From positions 1 to 64,000 of the IMG/VR virus record IMGVR_UViG_3300010347_000503: DNA of 64,000 bases, one strand, 5' to 3'. The position numbers were made by a program, and so were the translations under genes. The notes beneath the pieces are model-generated. The model worked only from the letters and a program-made list of their open reading frames with translations. It was not told the origin of the DNA and searched no databases. The stretch is from a virus. Lineage: Duplodnaviria > Caudoviricetes. The stretch's first letter is position 1. Each line of letters starts with the position of its first letter. This document shows, in pieces, positions 1 to 10,362 of the stretch.

Positions 1-191
1 TTTGGAGAGCTTTCTTCGTTTTTTGAAATTGAAAAAATATTTGGAGAGAGTTTTGCTCAGCACAAAGCCAAATACAAAAAATTTTTTTGAAAAATCCGGA
101 AATAGTACCCCCATACAAAAAGCCAAACATTGCGTAGAGCTTACAAAAAACGCCGGCGCGCAAACAACCAAGGCGCGCCGAATTGAACAAT

Positions 192-248
192 CGAACAGAT
201 GTTCGATGTTTGTTTGGTCGAACATCTGTTCGGTCGAACGAACGTTCG
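192..248. promoter_or_regulatory. Cluster of three Gram-positive LexA (SOS/Cheo)-type boxes
   Basis: CGAAC-AGAT-GTTCG (192-205), CGAAC-ATCT-GTTCG (219-232) and CGAAC-GAAC-GTTCG (235-248) match the Bacillota SOS-box geometry CGAAC-N4-GTTCG. Confidence 0.6.
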
Positions 249-267
249 AATCCTAAAATGTACACAC

Positions 268-372
268 AACTAACTCAAATTGCATACAACTAACTTAAGT
301 TAGCTATAACTAACTCAGGTTAGTCTTGACTAACTCGGGTTAGGTAGATTGAACCTAAGTTAGTTATAGCTA
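268..372. repeat. Tandem CTAAC-N4-GTTAG dyad array (about 20-bp period)
   Basis: CTAAC-TTAA-GTTAG, CTAAC-TCAG-GTTAG, CTAAC-TCGG-GTTAG and TGAAC-CTAA-GTTAG occur in series. Confidence 0.8.
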
Positions 373-469
373 ATTTTAAATTTTAATAAAAAATGCAAAA
401 AATGTATTTTTACCTGCTGCCGGCAGCGCATAGTCGCCATTGCAGCACGCCAACAGTGAGATCCCCATT

Positions 470-1560
470 TCATTGTAACACAGAACAAGAGAAATGTCAA
501 TACTTTTTAGAAAAATTTTTTTAAAAAAATTTTTAAAAAATTTCTTGACAATCTGCGCGGAGCGTGGTATAATAGAAGTGAAGCCTTTGAAATGCAGCGA
601 GGCGTGCTAACATGCTGCGAGGCGACTCGCGTTTTTTGCGAGTCGCCAACATCTGTAAACGATCGAGCGCAGCTCGAAATTCCACGAGAGCATCCCATTC
701 AAGTATAACACATCTGAAAAGTCTTGTCAATACTTTTTTGAAAAAATCTCAAAAAAAATTTTTTAAAAAAATCTACTAGCAACTCTTGACAAAACTAGAC
801 TTTTGTAGTAGAATAAAAGAGAGTGCTGTAGTCCAGTTAGTCGCAACTAACTCAAGTTAGTTCATTGCAACTTAAGTTAGTTTGAAAGGAAAAGCATTAG
901 TCTTAACTAACTTGAGTTAGTTTAAACTAACTACAGTTAGCCTATTGCAATCCAAGTTAGTTTGAAAGGAAAAGTATTCGGGATAACTAACCACAGTTAA
1001 GCGTAGCTAACCGCCAAAGCCCGAAAAATTATACCACACATGGCACAAATTTGTCAAGCACTTTTTTCGAGCAAAAGAAAAAATATTTTTTTCTTGACAA
1101 CAAGAGAACAATGTGATACAATGGAGGGTTAGGACAGTGCGGTTAGTTTAAACTAACTACAGTTAGATCAATGCAACAAAAGTTAGTTTGAAAGGAAAAG
1201 TATTTCATACAACTAACTTAAATTAGATAATACTAACTACAGTTAGACAAGACTAACCATAGTTAGGCGATTGTAACAAGAGTTAGTTTGAAAGGAAAAG
1301 TATTAGTTTAAACTAACTACAGTTCAAGCAGCTTAAACTCTAATTAGACACAACTAACTCAAGTTCAAGCTGCTTGAACTATAGTTAGACGGAACTAACT
1401 CAAGAGCCACAACCTTTTATTATAACACAACAAAAGAAAAAAGAAAAGCACTAAAAAAGTGCTTGACAAACAAACAAAAGAAGAGTATAATAGATAGTTG
1501 CTTTTTAAAGATAATAAATAAACCATCTATTATACTACTTTTGTAAAATAATGTCAAGCA
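470..1560. promoter_or_regulatory. Four back-to-back pairs of consensus sigma70 promoters with no ORFs
   Basis: Plus-strand TTGACA-17-TA(T/G/C)AAT near 545, 786, 1094 and 1464. Minus-strand equivalents near 472-500, 702-730, 1028-1057 and 1528-1557. Confidence 0.7.
835..1400. repeat. Second and third CTAAC-N4-GTTAG arrays, with four copies of GTTAGTTTGAAAGGAAAAG(T/C)ATT
   Basis: Many copies of AACTAACT(N)3-4GTTAG. The longer unit recurs near 879, 957, 1182 and 1282. Confidence 0.8.
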
Positions 1561-1817
1561 CTTTTTTTAAAATTATTTTTTTAAAATAAAAATGTAGAAA
1601 ATACGGGGTGAAGTCTGTTTTCGATGCTTGAAAGCCAGTATTTACGGGCATTAAAAAAGTTTGCACCCTTGAAAGCCAGTATCTATGCGGGATCCAGGGA
1701 TCCGGTCGCCGCAAACGCAATAACCACGGGCATAAAAAAAATGTTGACAGACTGATTTTTTTGTGATACTATTATCTCAACAACAAAACAAGCACCCACG
1801 AAAGAGAGGTAAAAGGT

Positions 1818-1952
1818 ATGACAAGAGAGTATGTAGCAATTTTCAAGGATGACACAATGGCAATCTTCACCGCAAAAGACATGCACGATGCGTGGCGGAT
1901 GGCTCTTGAAAAATGGGGATGGATGGTTCACTCGGTAGACGTTTGGAACTAA
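1818..1952 (+). CDS. Hypothetical 44-aa early protein
   Basis: Promoter near 1745, RBS GAGAGG, MTREYVAIFKDD..., followed by a terminator hairpin. Below the ORF-track cutoff. Confidence 0.65.
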   Translation: MTREYVAIFKDDTMAIFTAKDMHDAWRMALEKWGWMVHSVDVWN

Positions 1953-2108
1953 TCCATAAAGGGGAACGGCAAAAAGCCGTTCCCCACACTTCAAAAAAAT
2001 TTTTAATAAATTTCAAAAAATCTATTGACAATCTTTTTGAAGTGTGATAAAGTATAATCAGAAACAGAAAACAAGCACCGCAAGGGGAAAGGGTAAAGGG
2101 TAAAACAA

Positions 2109-2234
2109 ATGTTTAAGGTTACATTCTTTAAGAAGAACACAAGCGAAAAGAGATTTAAGGTTTTAACAATTGATGAGTTAATCGCTCTACAGAAATTAAA
2201 AAACTACACAATCACAAGAGTAGATATTTTCTAA
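2109..2234 (+). CDS. Hypothetical 41-aa early protein
   Basis: Own promoter, purine-rich leader, MFKVTFFKKN..., and a downstream hairpin terminator. Confidence 0.55.
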   Translation: MFKVTFFKKNTSEKRFKVLTIDELIALQKLKNYTITRVDIF

Positions 2235-2369
2235 AAATAAATCGGGGGATTGAAAAAATCCCCCGAGCCACCACAAAAAAATTTTTCAAAAAAGTGTTGA
2301 CAAAGAAAAGCGGATGTGGTATCTTATAATCAGAACAGCAAACAGCCACAAAAACAGGAGGGTAAAGGG

Positions 2370-2561
2370 ATGACAAGAGAGGAAATGATAGCTTTAACCG
2401 AGGAAATTCAGGAAAAGGCAGAGGAACTGATGGAGTTAGTTAAGAAGTACAACAAAGAAGCCGAGGAAATGGGCGGGAGATACGAAAAGGAATTGAAAGA
2501 CTACTACTGGAAAAACGAATTTAAAGAACTGGAAAAAGCACTCTACAAAAATACACCTTGA
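2370..2561 (+). CDS. Hypothetical coiled-coil early protein
   Basis: RBS CAGGAGG; ATG at 2370 (MTREEMIAL). Confidence 0.7.
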   Translation: MTREEMIALTEEIQEKAEELMELVKKYNKEAEEMGGRYEKELKDYYWKNEFKELEKALYKNTP

Positions 2562-2717
2562 AAACTAAATAAAATCGGGGGCAAAAAGCCCCCGACAACA
2601 CCAAAAAAAATTTTAAAAAAATTTCAAAAAAGTGTTGACAAGGGAAAATAAAAGTAGTATTATAAGATCATAGCAAACAACACAGCACACCGCAAGGCGG
2701 TAGAAAGAGAGGACAAA

Positions 2718-3125
2718 ATGAGAATTTGGGAAGAAATCGAAAAGCACTTACAGTTAGCACAGAATACCCCCTATGGGAAAGATGCTTTAGAGCATTACAA
2801 AAAAGCAAGAGCATTATACGAGGTTTTCCTTGTAGAGAATGAGCAAAAATGGGAAGACTACAAAAAACAGTTTGATGAAACAGAAAAGTACCCCGCTACC
2901 GCAAAAAATAGGAGGGCGCTGAAAATGACAAAAATAAATTACGGATACTACAAATACTGTAAGAAAAGCGGATGGGCGTCCGAGTTGGCGCTGAAAATGG
3001 CAAAGGAAATTTACGGATACTACAGATACTATAGGAAAAGCGGATGGGCGCCCAAACTGGCGCTGAAAATGGCAAAAGATGAGTGGGCACTTTGGCAGAA
3101 ATTAAGAAAGGCGCTGGGGGAATAA
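2718..3125 (+). CDS. Hypothetical protein with an internal 24-aa tandem repeat (YGYY..Y.KSGWA..LALKMAK)
   Basis: RBS GAGAGG; the repeat is visible in both protein and DNA. Confidence 0.75.
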   Translation: MRIWEEIEKHLQLAQNTPYGKDALEHYKKARALYEVFLVENEQKWEDYKKQFDETEKYPATAKNRRALKMTKINYGYYKYCKKSGWASELALKMAKEIYGYYRYYRKSGWAPKLALKMAKDEWALWQKLRKALGE

Positions 3126-3869
3126 CCCCCAGCACCACCACAAAAGAAGAGGAGAAAAGAGGATGGCATACATAGTAAAAATCAATACTGAAGTTGGGCA
3201 TAAGAGTTTGACAATCATAGCAAACAGCAAGGAGGAAGCCGAAACAAAAGCAAAAGAAAATAAAGACTACCGAGGCACGATAGATGTGCGGTTGTGGGAA
3301 CCGGTATATTTTGAATAAACAGGTAACAGGCGGGGTGCGGTTCCCGCCTTTCCTATCGTCTTATGCCCGAACGTCCGTTCGGGCACGAATTATTATTATA
3401 CTACAGGTCGTCGCATTTTGTCAAGAGATTTTTTGTAAATTTTTTTTAAATTTTTTATCCCAAAATCGGCAGCAGGATTAGTCATAACTAACTTAAATTA
3501 GATTAGACTAACCGAGGTTAGTCGCAACTAACCGGCTCAGCTCGAATTTGCGCGAGCACCCCATTTCATTATAACATCAAAACGAAAATTTGTCAATAGG
3601 TTTTTGAAAAATTTTCCTAAAAATATTTTTACTTTTTCTATTGACATTTATTGCCTTTTGTAGTATAATAAAATAAAAACCCTCTTACAGATCCGCAAGA
3701 GGGTCTCTCCTTTATTATACCATGGAAATGATATTTTTGTCAATAGTTTTTTGAAAACTTTTTTTAAGAAAATTTTTGAAAAACTTATTGACTTATTACT
3801 ATAATGTGATATACTTATATCATAACAAGGGGATACAGTAAGCCCCACAGATAAGGAAGAGAGGTATAG

Positions 3870-3974
3870 ATGATGGAAATGAAAGAAAAGGTTTTATGTG
3901 CAATCGGGACAATTTTCGTGTTGGGTCTGCTATTATTATCTAGCACATTAGAATATACACTAATGATACAATAA
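3870..3974 (+). CDS. Small membrane peptide (34 aa)
   Basis: RBS GAGAGG; hydrophobic core VLCAIGTIFVLGLLLL. Confidence 0.5.
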   Translation: MMEMKEKVLCAIGTIFVLGLLLLSSTLEYTLMIQ

Positions 3975-4186
3975 AACTCTTTCCTCTTGTCAATAGACAA
4001 TTTTGCTAAAGATGTTTGAAAAACCTTGTGCATTTTGCCTATTGACTTTTGAAATAATATATAATACCCCTAAAAAAAATTTGAAAATTTGTGCATTTTG
4101 CCTATTGACAGCCCCCAATTTTTGTGATATAATTTGGCGGCGCGCGAACGCCCACCGCGCGCCGCTTGTTTGTTTGTTCGGTTACT

Positions 4187-4232
4187 CGAACAGTTGTTCG
4201 ATCGAAAATGTGTTCGAGCGAACAGCTGTTCA
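4187..4232. promoter_or_regulatory. Three LexA-type boxes at an exact 16-bp period
   Basis: CGAAC-AGTT-GTTCG (4187), CGAAA-ATGT-GTTCG (4203) and CGAAC-AGCT-GTTCA (4219), downstream of the promoter at 4105-4132. Confidence 0.6.
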
Positions 4233-4549
4233 GATCCCGAATTGTATGCGCAACTCAGTTTAGTTGTATGAACACCTTTAGACAACTTGGATCCGGTTGA
4301 AGTTGTCTAGAGTTGTTCATACAACTACTCCAAATTATTTATCGTGGGCGGGCGCTGGCGCCCGAAATATTATATCACAGGGCATCGCAGTTTGTCAAGA
4401 CTAATTTTTGAAAAAATTGCACAAAAATTTTACGCCCGATTTATGAAACTTTTTTGCGAAAGTCTATTGACAACAGGGGGTGAGTATGATAATATATAAT
4501 CAGACAGAGGGGATACGGTAAGCCCCCACAAAAGAGAGAGGTAAAGGAT

Positions 4550-4798
4550 ATGAACGAAGAAATGATGATGGTTATTGTTGACAAGGCAAGAAAGAAAGTA
4601 AATAATTGGCTTGAAACAGCTAAAGAATGTGTAAAAGATTATCACGGTGTTAGATTTTGTATGAATCAGGCTGATGCTATATGGTCATTCGTTACGACTG
4701 ATTGCACTCCTACTTATGAGGCTTATACAGAGTTATCAAAAGAATGGCGAGAAGTATATAAACCTCAGTTTGAAGCCCTTGTGGATGAGGCGGATTAA
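4550..4798 (+). CDS. Hypothetical early protein
   Basis: Promoter, RBS GAGAGG and terminator; from the ORF track. Confidence 0.75.
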   Translation: MNEEMMMVIVDKARKKVNNWLETAKECVKDYHGVRFCMNQADAIWSFVTTDCTPTYEAYTELSKEWREVYKPQFEALVDEAD

Positions 4799-4895
4799 AT
4801 AATCCGCCTCATAAAAAAAATAAAAATAGTTGTTGACAAAATCAAAAAAAATGATATAATAAGATTATAAAGAAAAAGAAAGAGAGGAAAATAAA

Positions 4896-5087
4896 ATGAC
4901 AACAGAAGAAATGATTATGTACGACCAGTTGGTAGATATGGGAATTGCAACAACAGATGAACTCAACTTTGCAAGAAACCTTATGGGCGGCGAGTGGATA
5001 GAAGTTTTAAACGCTGTACTGTTTGTTCGCACCGGATATAGGTCGATGGAACAGATGTTAGAAGCGGAAGATGAAGATTTCGAGTGA
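4896..5087 (+). CDS. Hypothetical acidic early protein
   Basis: Promoter and RBS GAGAGG; from the ORF track. Confidence 0.75.
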   Translation: MTTEEMIMYDQLVDMGIATTDELNFARNLMGGEWIEVLNAVLFVRTGYRSMEQMLEAEDEDFE

Positions 5088-5360
5088 TTGCCCTCCTCTC
5101 TCTAATAGGGATCCCCTGAATTTTAGGGGATCTCCTTTTTTTATGGCGGCACGCGATGGACCGCCGCGTGCCGGGTTGTATGTTTGGATCATATTTCTGA
5201 ATGTTTGTCAAGCCTTTTTTTGTAAAAAAATATACAAAAAAATATCCCGTAATTTGTGCAATTTTTTATATAAAAATATTTGACAACAACCCTAGGATAT
5301 GGTATATTATACTTGTAGCAAGGAAGTAAATCCCAACAGAAAGAAAGAGAGGAAAATGTT

Positions 5361-5561
5361 ATGGTTTATTTTATCGAGTATGCAAAGGTGTCTCCCGCAA
5401 TTTTGGATATGATTATTACAACGGCTTGTCCTAACGCCTATACTATGAGCTATCCGGTGGAAGATGCGGATGATATGTTCGAGTTAGCTGTTTGTTTCTG
5501 GGAAGATGCAACCAACCTTGACTTGTGTAAGGTAGAAAGAACACTGGCACCCTATGTATAA
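5361..5561 (+). CDS. Hypothetical early protein
   Basis: Promoter and RBS GAGAGG; from the ORF track. Confidence 0.7.
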   Translation: MVYFIEYAKVSPAILDMIITTACPNAYTMSYPVEDADDMFELAVCFWEDATNLDLCKVERTLAPYV

Positions 5562-5591
5562 TAGGGTGTTCCATAAGAACAGGAGGAATAG

Positions 5592-5762
5592 ATGATGAGA
5601 GTTATTGAATGGATTGAACAAAAACCACGTGATTTATATGGACGTAATATCCGTATATTAAACTTAACTACTAATAGAGATATGGGCGACTGGACTGATT
5701 ATAAGGATCGCATTGTTTTAAAAGTTAAAGTTACCATAAAATATATTTTCTTATATATTTAA
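5592..5762 (+). CDS. Hypothetical 56-aa protein
   Basis: RBS CAGGAGG; MMRVIEWIEQ... Confidence 0.55.
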   Translation: MMRVIEWIEQKPRDLYGRNIRILNLTTNRDMGDWTDYKDRIVLKVKVTIKYIFLYI

Positions 5763-5824
5763 TATTGACAAATAAAATAAAATATGATATAATGTTTTTA
5801 ACAAAAGAAAAGAGAGGTAACAAA

Positions 5825-6136
5825 ATGGAATATCAAGTAACCCTGTTTTGTAGCACAAAGAAATATCGCCCTATATCTTGCATTGTCAAGAGAAATGATA
5901 AAGTAGATATTCATAATGCTACTGTAAAGCGTCAATTGCTGAATGAGGGGATGAAAAAAATCTGTATTCAGCGTGGTTGGACGGCTCGTGATCTTGCAAC
6001 CTTTGGTTATGCTATGGGAAAAGTGCGGGAATATGACAAAGAAAAACTTGACAAAGAGGCGGAAGAGCGGTATAATAAAATAAAGGAAGAGAAATACGCA
6101 TCGGGCGAGTGGAAACGTCCCAAAAGAAAGGAGTGA
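5825..6136 (+). CDS. Hypothetical protein
   Basis: RBS GAGAGG before ATG 5825 (MEYQVTLFCS). Confidence 0.75.
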   Translation: MEYQVTLFCSTKKYRPISCIVKRNDKVDIHNATVKRQLLNEGMKKICIQRGWTARDLATFGYAMGKVREYDKEKLDKEAEERYNKIKEEKYASGEWKRPKRKE

Positions 6137-6140
6137 TATT

Positions 6141-6326
6141 ATGTTTACTACTTTAGAAATCGTTTTAATTGCTGTATTGGTTTATTTATTAATCGGAATT
6201 GCGATTACAATGCTTGTTGCAAGAGATGGTGTTATGGATACTGCTGATATTGCTTTAACTACCTTTTTATGGGCGAGAATACCTCTTATCTTGATCCGTA
6301 ACAAATTAAAGAAAATTATCGAGTGA
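6141..6326 (+). CDS. Small membrane protein
   Basis: RBS AAGGAG; two hydrophobic segments. Confidence 0.65.
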   Translation: MFTTLEIVLIAVLVYLLIGIAITMLVARDGVMDTADIALTTFLWARIPLILIRNKLKKIIE

Positions 6327-6734
6327 TCGTACTCTCTCTTTCCTTTGGGCGCCCCTAAAATTGGGGCGCCCTTTTCCGGGGCAAAATTTTTTTTGAAAAA
6401 TTTTAAAATAATACTTGACATTTACCCCTAATGTGCGACGGGGCGCGCACGTTCCTTGCGCGCCCCAATTTTCCATTATACCACAGCCGCCACCATTTTG
6501 TCAATAGGAAATTTGCACAATTTTTTAGAATATTTTATCCCAAAATTAGTGCAATATTCCAACTTGAAAAATTAAAAATATTTTGTTATAATTATAAATG
6601 TAAAGAGATAAGAAAAGGGCGGAAAACAAAAAGACCCCGCTAAACAAAAAAAATAAAAAAATCTCTTGACAAATAAAATTAAATATGATAAAATAAAGAT
6701 GTAAACAAAAACAACACACAAAAGAAAGGAATTG

Positions 6735-7094
6735 ATGAAAATGGAAAAGATGACAAATGTAAAGGCACTCTCTTATGTAATCGAGAACTTCGAGAATGAG
6801 GTTCCGGCTGATGTGTTCGAGAAGTTGGTTGCTATCCGTACTTCTTTCGAGAAGAAATCCGCAAGCAAGAAACTGACTGCTAATCAGGAAGAAAACGAGG
6901 GCTTTAAGGCTACTATTATCGAGGTACTCACTAATGCAGACAAGGCGCTGACTGTAACTGAAATTCAGACCGTAAATGCTGAACTCAGCGCACTCTCTAA
7001 TCAGCGTGTATCCGCACTCTTGAGACAGCTGATTGATGCTAACAAGGTCGTTAAGACAGTAGACAAGAAAAAGTCGTTTTTCTCTATCGCATAA
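6735..7094 (+). CDS. Winged-helix DNA-binding protein (paralog of 11727-12080)
   Basis: C-terminal LSNQRVSALLRQL..V.KT..KK..F wHTH-like pattern, nearly identical in motif to the second copy. Confidence 0.7.
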   Translation: MKMEKMTNVKALSYVIENFENEVPADVFEKLVAIRTSFEKKSASKKLTANQEENEGFKATIIEVLTNADKALTVTEIQTVNAELSALSNQRVSALLRQLIDANKVVKTVDKKKSFFSIA

Positions 7095-7156
7095 TAGCAA
7101 CTTGCGGATGGGGGTAGGGTAGTGAAACTACCCCCCAACAAAAAGAGGGTAACAAA

Positions 7157-7483
7157 ATGAACAAAGAAAAGCTAATTCTTGAAATTATGGCGGATGCTGA
7201 AAAAGACGGCGAGCCTGTTACAAGAGAAGAGGCAGAGAAAATGGCGGAAATGGAAATAAAAGCTAACGCCTCCCGCCGATATGAAAAAGCGGAAACCGCA
7301 CGCAAACCCGCAAAAAGAGAAGTCAAGAAAGATCCAGAAAAAATTGAAATAATCAAAAAAATTTGTGATTTTCTCTTGACAAATGGCGAGGAAAGTGCTA
7401 CAATAGTAAATGAACAAAAGGAAATACAGTTTAGAGAGTTTTCAATCACTCTCACCAAACACAGAAAGGGGAAAACAAAATGA
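7157..7483 (+). CDS. Hypothetical protein (distantly resembles 12141-12548)
   Basis: RBS GAGGG; from the ORF track; same position after the wHTH gene. Confidence 0.7.
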   Translation: MNKEKLILEIMADAEKDGEPVTREEAEKMAEMEIKANASRRYEKAETARKPAKREVKKDPEKIEIIKKICDFLLTNGEESATIVNEQKEIQFREFSITLTKHRKGKTK

Positions 7484-7656
7484 TTAAGAGAATGGTAACT
7501 TTTGAGGAATGTCCGAAAACCAAGGCGGAGTTCATCGCCAAGTGGAGCGCAGACCGCGACTTCCGCTATCGTGCAAAGGCAAGCGGTTTCAAGGTTCTGT
7601 TTGGAACCAATGTAGTTTTCCCCACGGGGAAAGTAGCAGGGGAAAAGGTCAAGTAA
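7480..7656 (+). CDS. Hypothetical 58-aa protein
   Basis: ATGA overlap with the upstream stop; MIKRMVTFEECPK... Confidence 0.6.
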   Translation: MIKRMVTFEECPKTKAEFIAKWSADRDFRYRAKASGFKVLFGTNVVFPTGKVAGEKVK

Positions 7657-8080
7657 GACCTCCCCACCTGCGCCCATAGCCTAGTGGTTAGGCACACGAC
7701 TCGACAACTTGACAAGTTTAAAAATTTTTGGTATAATATACATGTAACAAAAAATAAAAGAGGGCGTCGCCTAAAGGTATGGCACCAAACTTTTAATTTG
7801 GTCAATGGGGGTTCAATTCCCCCTCGGGCGCACTCGTCAACATACGTTTCGTTCCCTCTCTTTCTTTAGGCGATGACTTCGGTTATCGCCCATTTTCTTT
7901 TCAGTGGGTCGCGCAGGAACGGCGCGACCCAAATTTACCATTATACCACCTCCCGCACATTTTGTCAAGCAAAAATTAATTAAAAATTATACAAAAATTT
8001 ATCCTAAAATTTATCTATTTTGTCTATTGTATTATTCTGATAATTTGATATAATAATATTATCAAATGAAAGAGAGGTAA

Positions 8081-8353
8081 ATGCAGATGTTAATCTACTC
8101 TAATATTGCAAGTAAGAGAACCTATGTAGAATGGTGGGGCGGTAGTACAAAGCATCCCGATGTCCGCCACTGTTATCAGGATGATGTTGAGAAAGAAAGA
8201 TTTACCCCTAACAAATTTTTAGGTGATGAATACAGTGTATTTCAATGGCTTGTAATGTGTTGTAGTAATTTGAGTTTTGGTACGAACTCTTCACTAAAAG
8301 ATTTATTAGAATTAACAAAAGAATATACAGAACCCTTAAAAAGATGGGGTTGA
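8081..8353 (+). CDS. Hypothetical protein
   Basis: Promoter and RBS GAGAGG. Confidence 0.7.
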   Translation: MQMLIYSNIASKRTYVEWWGGSTKHPDVRHCYQDDVEKERFTPNKFLGDEYSVFQWLVMCCSNLSFGTNSSLKDLLELTKEYTEPLKRWG

Positions 8354-8403
8354 CAAACAACCCCATAGATGGTATAATAAAGAAAAAACAGGAGGAATAA
8401 AAA

Positions 8404-8631
8404 ATGACAATCGTTGGTCCAAGAGTAAAGGTATCTTTTACAAAAGAAGAGTTGGATGCATTCTCTATTGTTGCAGATATTATCAAAGGATTGCGAGTAA
8501 AAGAGGTGGATGGCTTTATTGAAGCGGTAACTGCTTATGATAGCATTTTCTATGATGAGTTTGGTGATAAAACCACTGTATTTGAATTTGAATTTTTAAA
8601 TAATATGGATAAGGAAGAAGAGGAGGAATAA
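8404..8631 (+). CDS. Hypothetical acidic protein
   Basis: Promoter and RBS CAGGAGG. Confidence 0.7.
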   Translation: MTIVGPRVKVSFTKEELDAFSIVADIIKGLRVKEVDGFIEAVTAYDSIFYDEFGDKTTVFEFEFLNNMDKEEEEE

Positions 8632-8742
8632 GGGACTGAACAAATGTTCGGCCCGGGCAAAAAATTTTATAAAAAATTTATTGACAAACAATAGAAAGTG
8701 TAGTATAATGAATACATAAGATAAAGAAAAGAGAGGAAAAAA

Positions 8743-8994
8743 ATGAAAGAATTTTTCAACATTAACGAACCTTATAAGTTTGAAATGAACGACTTGCGGG
8801 CAGTAATTCAGATTATCAATGTTGTACTGATTATGATTTTTGGTCTGTCTGTTTCGTGGTTTGGTCTGGCTCTTGCGGTGTTTGGTCTTATTAAAGATTT
8901 TACCACAGATAGACACATTAACTCGATTGCTATGCACACCGCAAGCGCAACTTTAAACATTTACTTTTTAACACTTTTGTATGGAGGTATGTAA
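8743..8994 (+). CDS. Membrane protein
   Basis: RBS GAGAGG; 2-3 hydrophobic segments. Confidence 0.7.
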   Translation: MKEFFNINEPYKFEMNDLRAVIQIINVVLIMIFGLSVSWFGLALAVFGLIKDFTTDRHINSIAMHTASATLNIYFLTLLYGGM

Positions 8995-8995
8995 A

Positions 8996-9175
8996 ATGAT
9001 TTATAAAAAACTTTACACTTTTAAAATGCCTAGTTTTGAGTATTTTAAAGATGAATTAGAATGGGGCATTGAAACTTTAGATGATTTATTATACATGCTC
9101 GATAAGATGACAGAGGATGAACTTCGTGAATTTGGAGATGTTGAAATAGATACAAAATTAATTATTGACAAATAA
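8996..9175 (+). CDS. Hypothetical acidic protein
   Basis: RBS GGAGG at 8983-8987; MIYKKLYTFK... Confidence 0.65.
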   Translation: MIYKKLYTFKMPSFEYFKDELEWGIETLDDLLYMLDKMTEDELREFGDVEIDTKLIIDK

Positions 9176-9231
9176 ATAAAAATATGATATAATAATAATG
9201 TAAACAAACAAAAGAAAGCGAGGTAAGAAAA

Positions 9232-9360
9232 ATGACAGCATTAACTTATGAATGTGTAACCAAGGATGGTAAAAAAGTAGAGGTAAAGACCTACGCTGAA
9301 GCGTTGAAGATTAAGGCGGAGGGCGGTACTTTCAAGGCGAAGTACACGAAAATCAAATAA
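9232..9360 (+). CDS. Hypothetical 42-aa basic protein
   Basis: Promoter and RBS GAGG; MTALTYECVTKDGKKVEVKTYAEA... Confidence 0.6.
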   Translation: MTALTYECVTKDGKKVEVKTYAEALKIKAEGGTFKAKYTKIK

Positions 9361-9594
9361 GTCGAGCGGGCGGGAGAAATCCCTGCCCTTTTCATCAGCG
9401 CGCGATGGGTCGCCGCGCGCTGAAATTCACCATTATACCATACCCCAAGGTTTTTGTCAAGCGTTTTTTAGAAAAAAATTATACAATTTTTTATCCCGAA
9501 ATTTGTGCAAAAAGTTAGCGAAAAATTATTGACTTATGTATTTAAAATGATATAATAATAGTATAGTAAATAAAAGAAAGAGAGGTAAATAAGA

Positions 9595-10062
9595 ATGAAC
9601 AAAACTTTAGTATTTGACATGGATGGCACAATCGCTAATCTGTATGGGGTAGAAAACTGGCTCGATGATTTAAGAGCGGAAAATCCTCGCCCTTATGTCG
9701 ACGCAGAACCGATGTATAATATGGTCGTTCTGAATGGTCTTTTGAAAATGTTTAAAGAAATGGGCTGGCGTATTGTGGTGACAACGTGGTTGTCAAAGGG
9801 TAGCACTCCCGCATATGATGCTCTTGTCCGTGAAGCAAAAATTGAATGGCTTACAAGATATGATTTCCCCTACGATGAAATCCACCTTGTAAAGTATGGC
9901 ACAACGAAAGCAAATTGTACACGGCGTATAGGCGGTTTTCAGGTACTTGTTGATGATAATGAGCAGGTACGCAAGGGATGGACACTCGGTGATACAATTA
10001 ACGCAAACGAAAATATCATTAAGGCTCTTTTGGAACTGTTAGAAACTGAGGTGGTGGGGTAA
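9595..10062 (+). CDS. HAD-superfamily phosphatase (5'(3')-deoxyribonucleotidase-like)
   Basis: N-terminal LVFDMDGTIANLY and C-terminal LVDD motif. Confidence 0.75.
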   Translation: MNKTLVFDMDGTIANLYGVENWLDDLRAENPRPYVDAEPMYNMVVLNGLLKMFKEMGWRIVVTTWLSKGSTPAYDALVREAKIEWLTRYDFPYDEIHLVKYGTTKANCTRRIGGFQVLVDDNEQVRKGWTLGDTINANENIIKALLELLETEVVG

Positions 10063-10101
10063 AACCCCCCACCCCGCAATAAAAAGGAGGTATATGCAAA
10101 A

Positions 10102-10362
10102 ATGGCAAAAGTGTTAAAATTAATTAAACATCAAGAAATTGAAATTCCGATAGAGAGAATTGAAAAAGATTGGAAAGAATATAATGGTGAGTGCCTAGCC
10201 TATGGTGACGAAGATTCTATGATAGAAACTCTTGAGGATTATATTGAGAGTGTAGAAGAGGATTATCTCGCAGACTTTGACCAGGTTATATATGATTATG
10301 CAGAAATTGCAAAAGGGCTAAAGGATAAAAGAGAATGGGAAATTGTAGAAGAGGGGGAATAA
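10102..10362 (+). CDS. Hypothetical acidic protein
   Basis: RBS AAGGAGG. Confidence 0.7.
   Translation: MAKVLKLIKHQEIEIPIERIEKDWKEYNGECLAYGDEDSMIETLEDYIESVEEDYLADFDQVIYDYAEIAKGLKDKREWEIVEEGE

Noticed and set aside
268-1400. CRISPR array or integron attC sites
   Set aside because: The units are 14-bp dyads without 30-40-nt spacers, and there are no RYYYAAC...GTTRRRY boxes bracketing genes.
2-1994. ORF-track frames 2..256, 507..698, 533..730, 1535..1720 and 1683..1994
   Set aside because: They lack an RBS and run through repeats and promoters; they are likely spurious.
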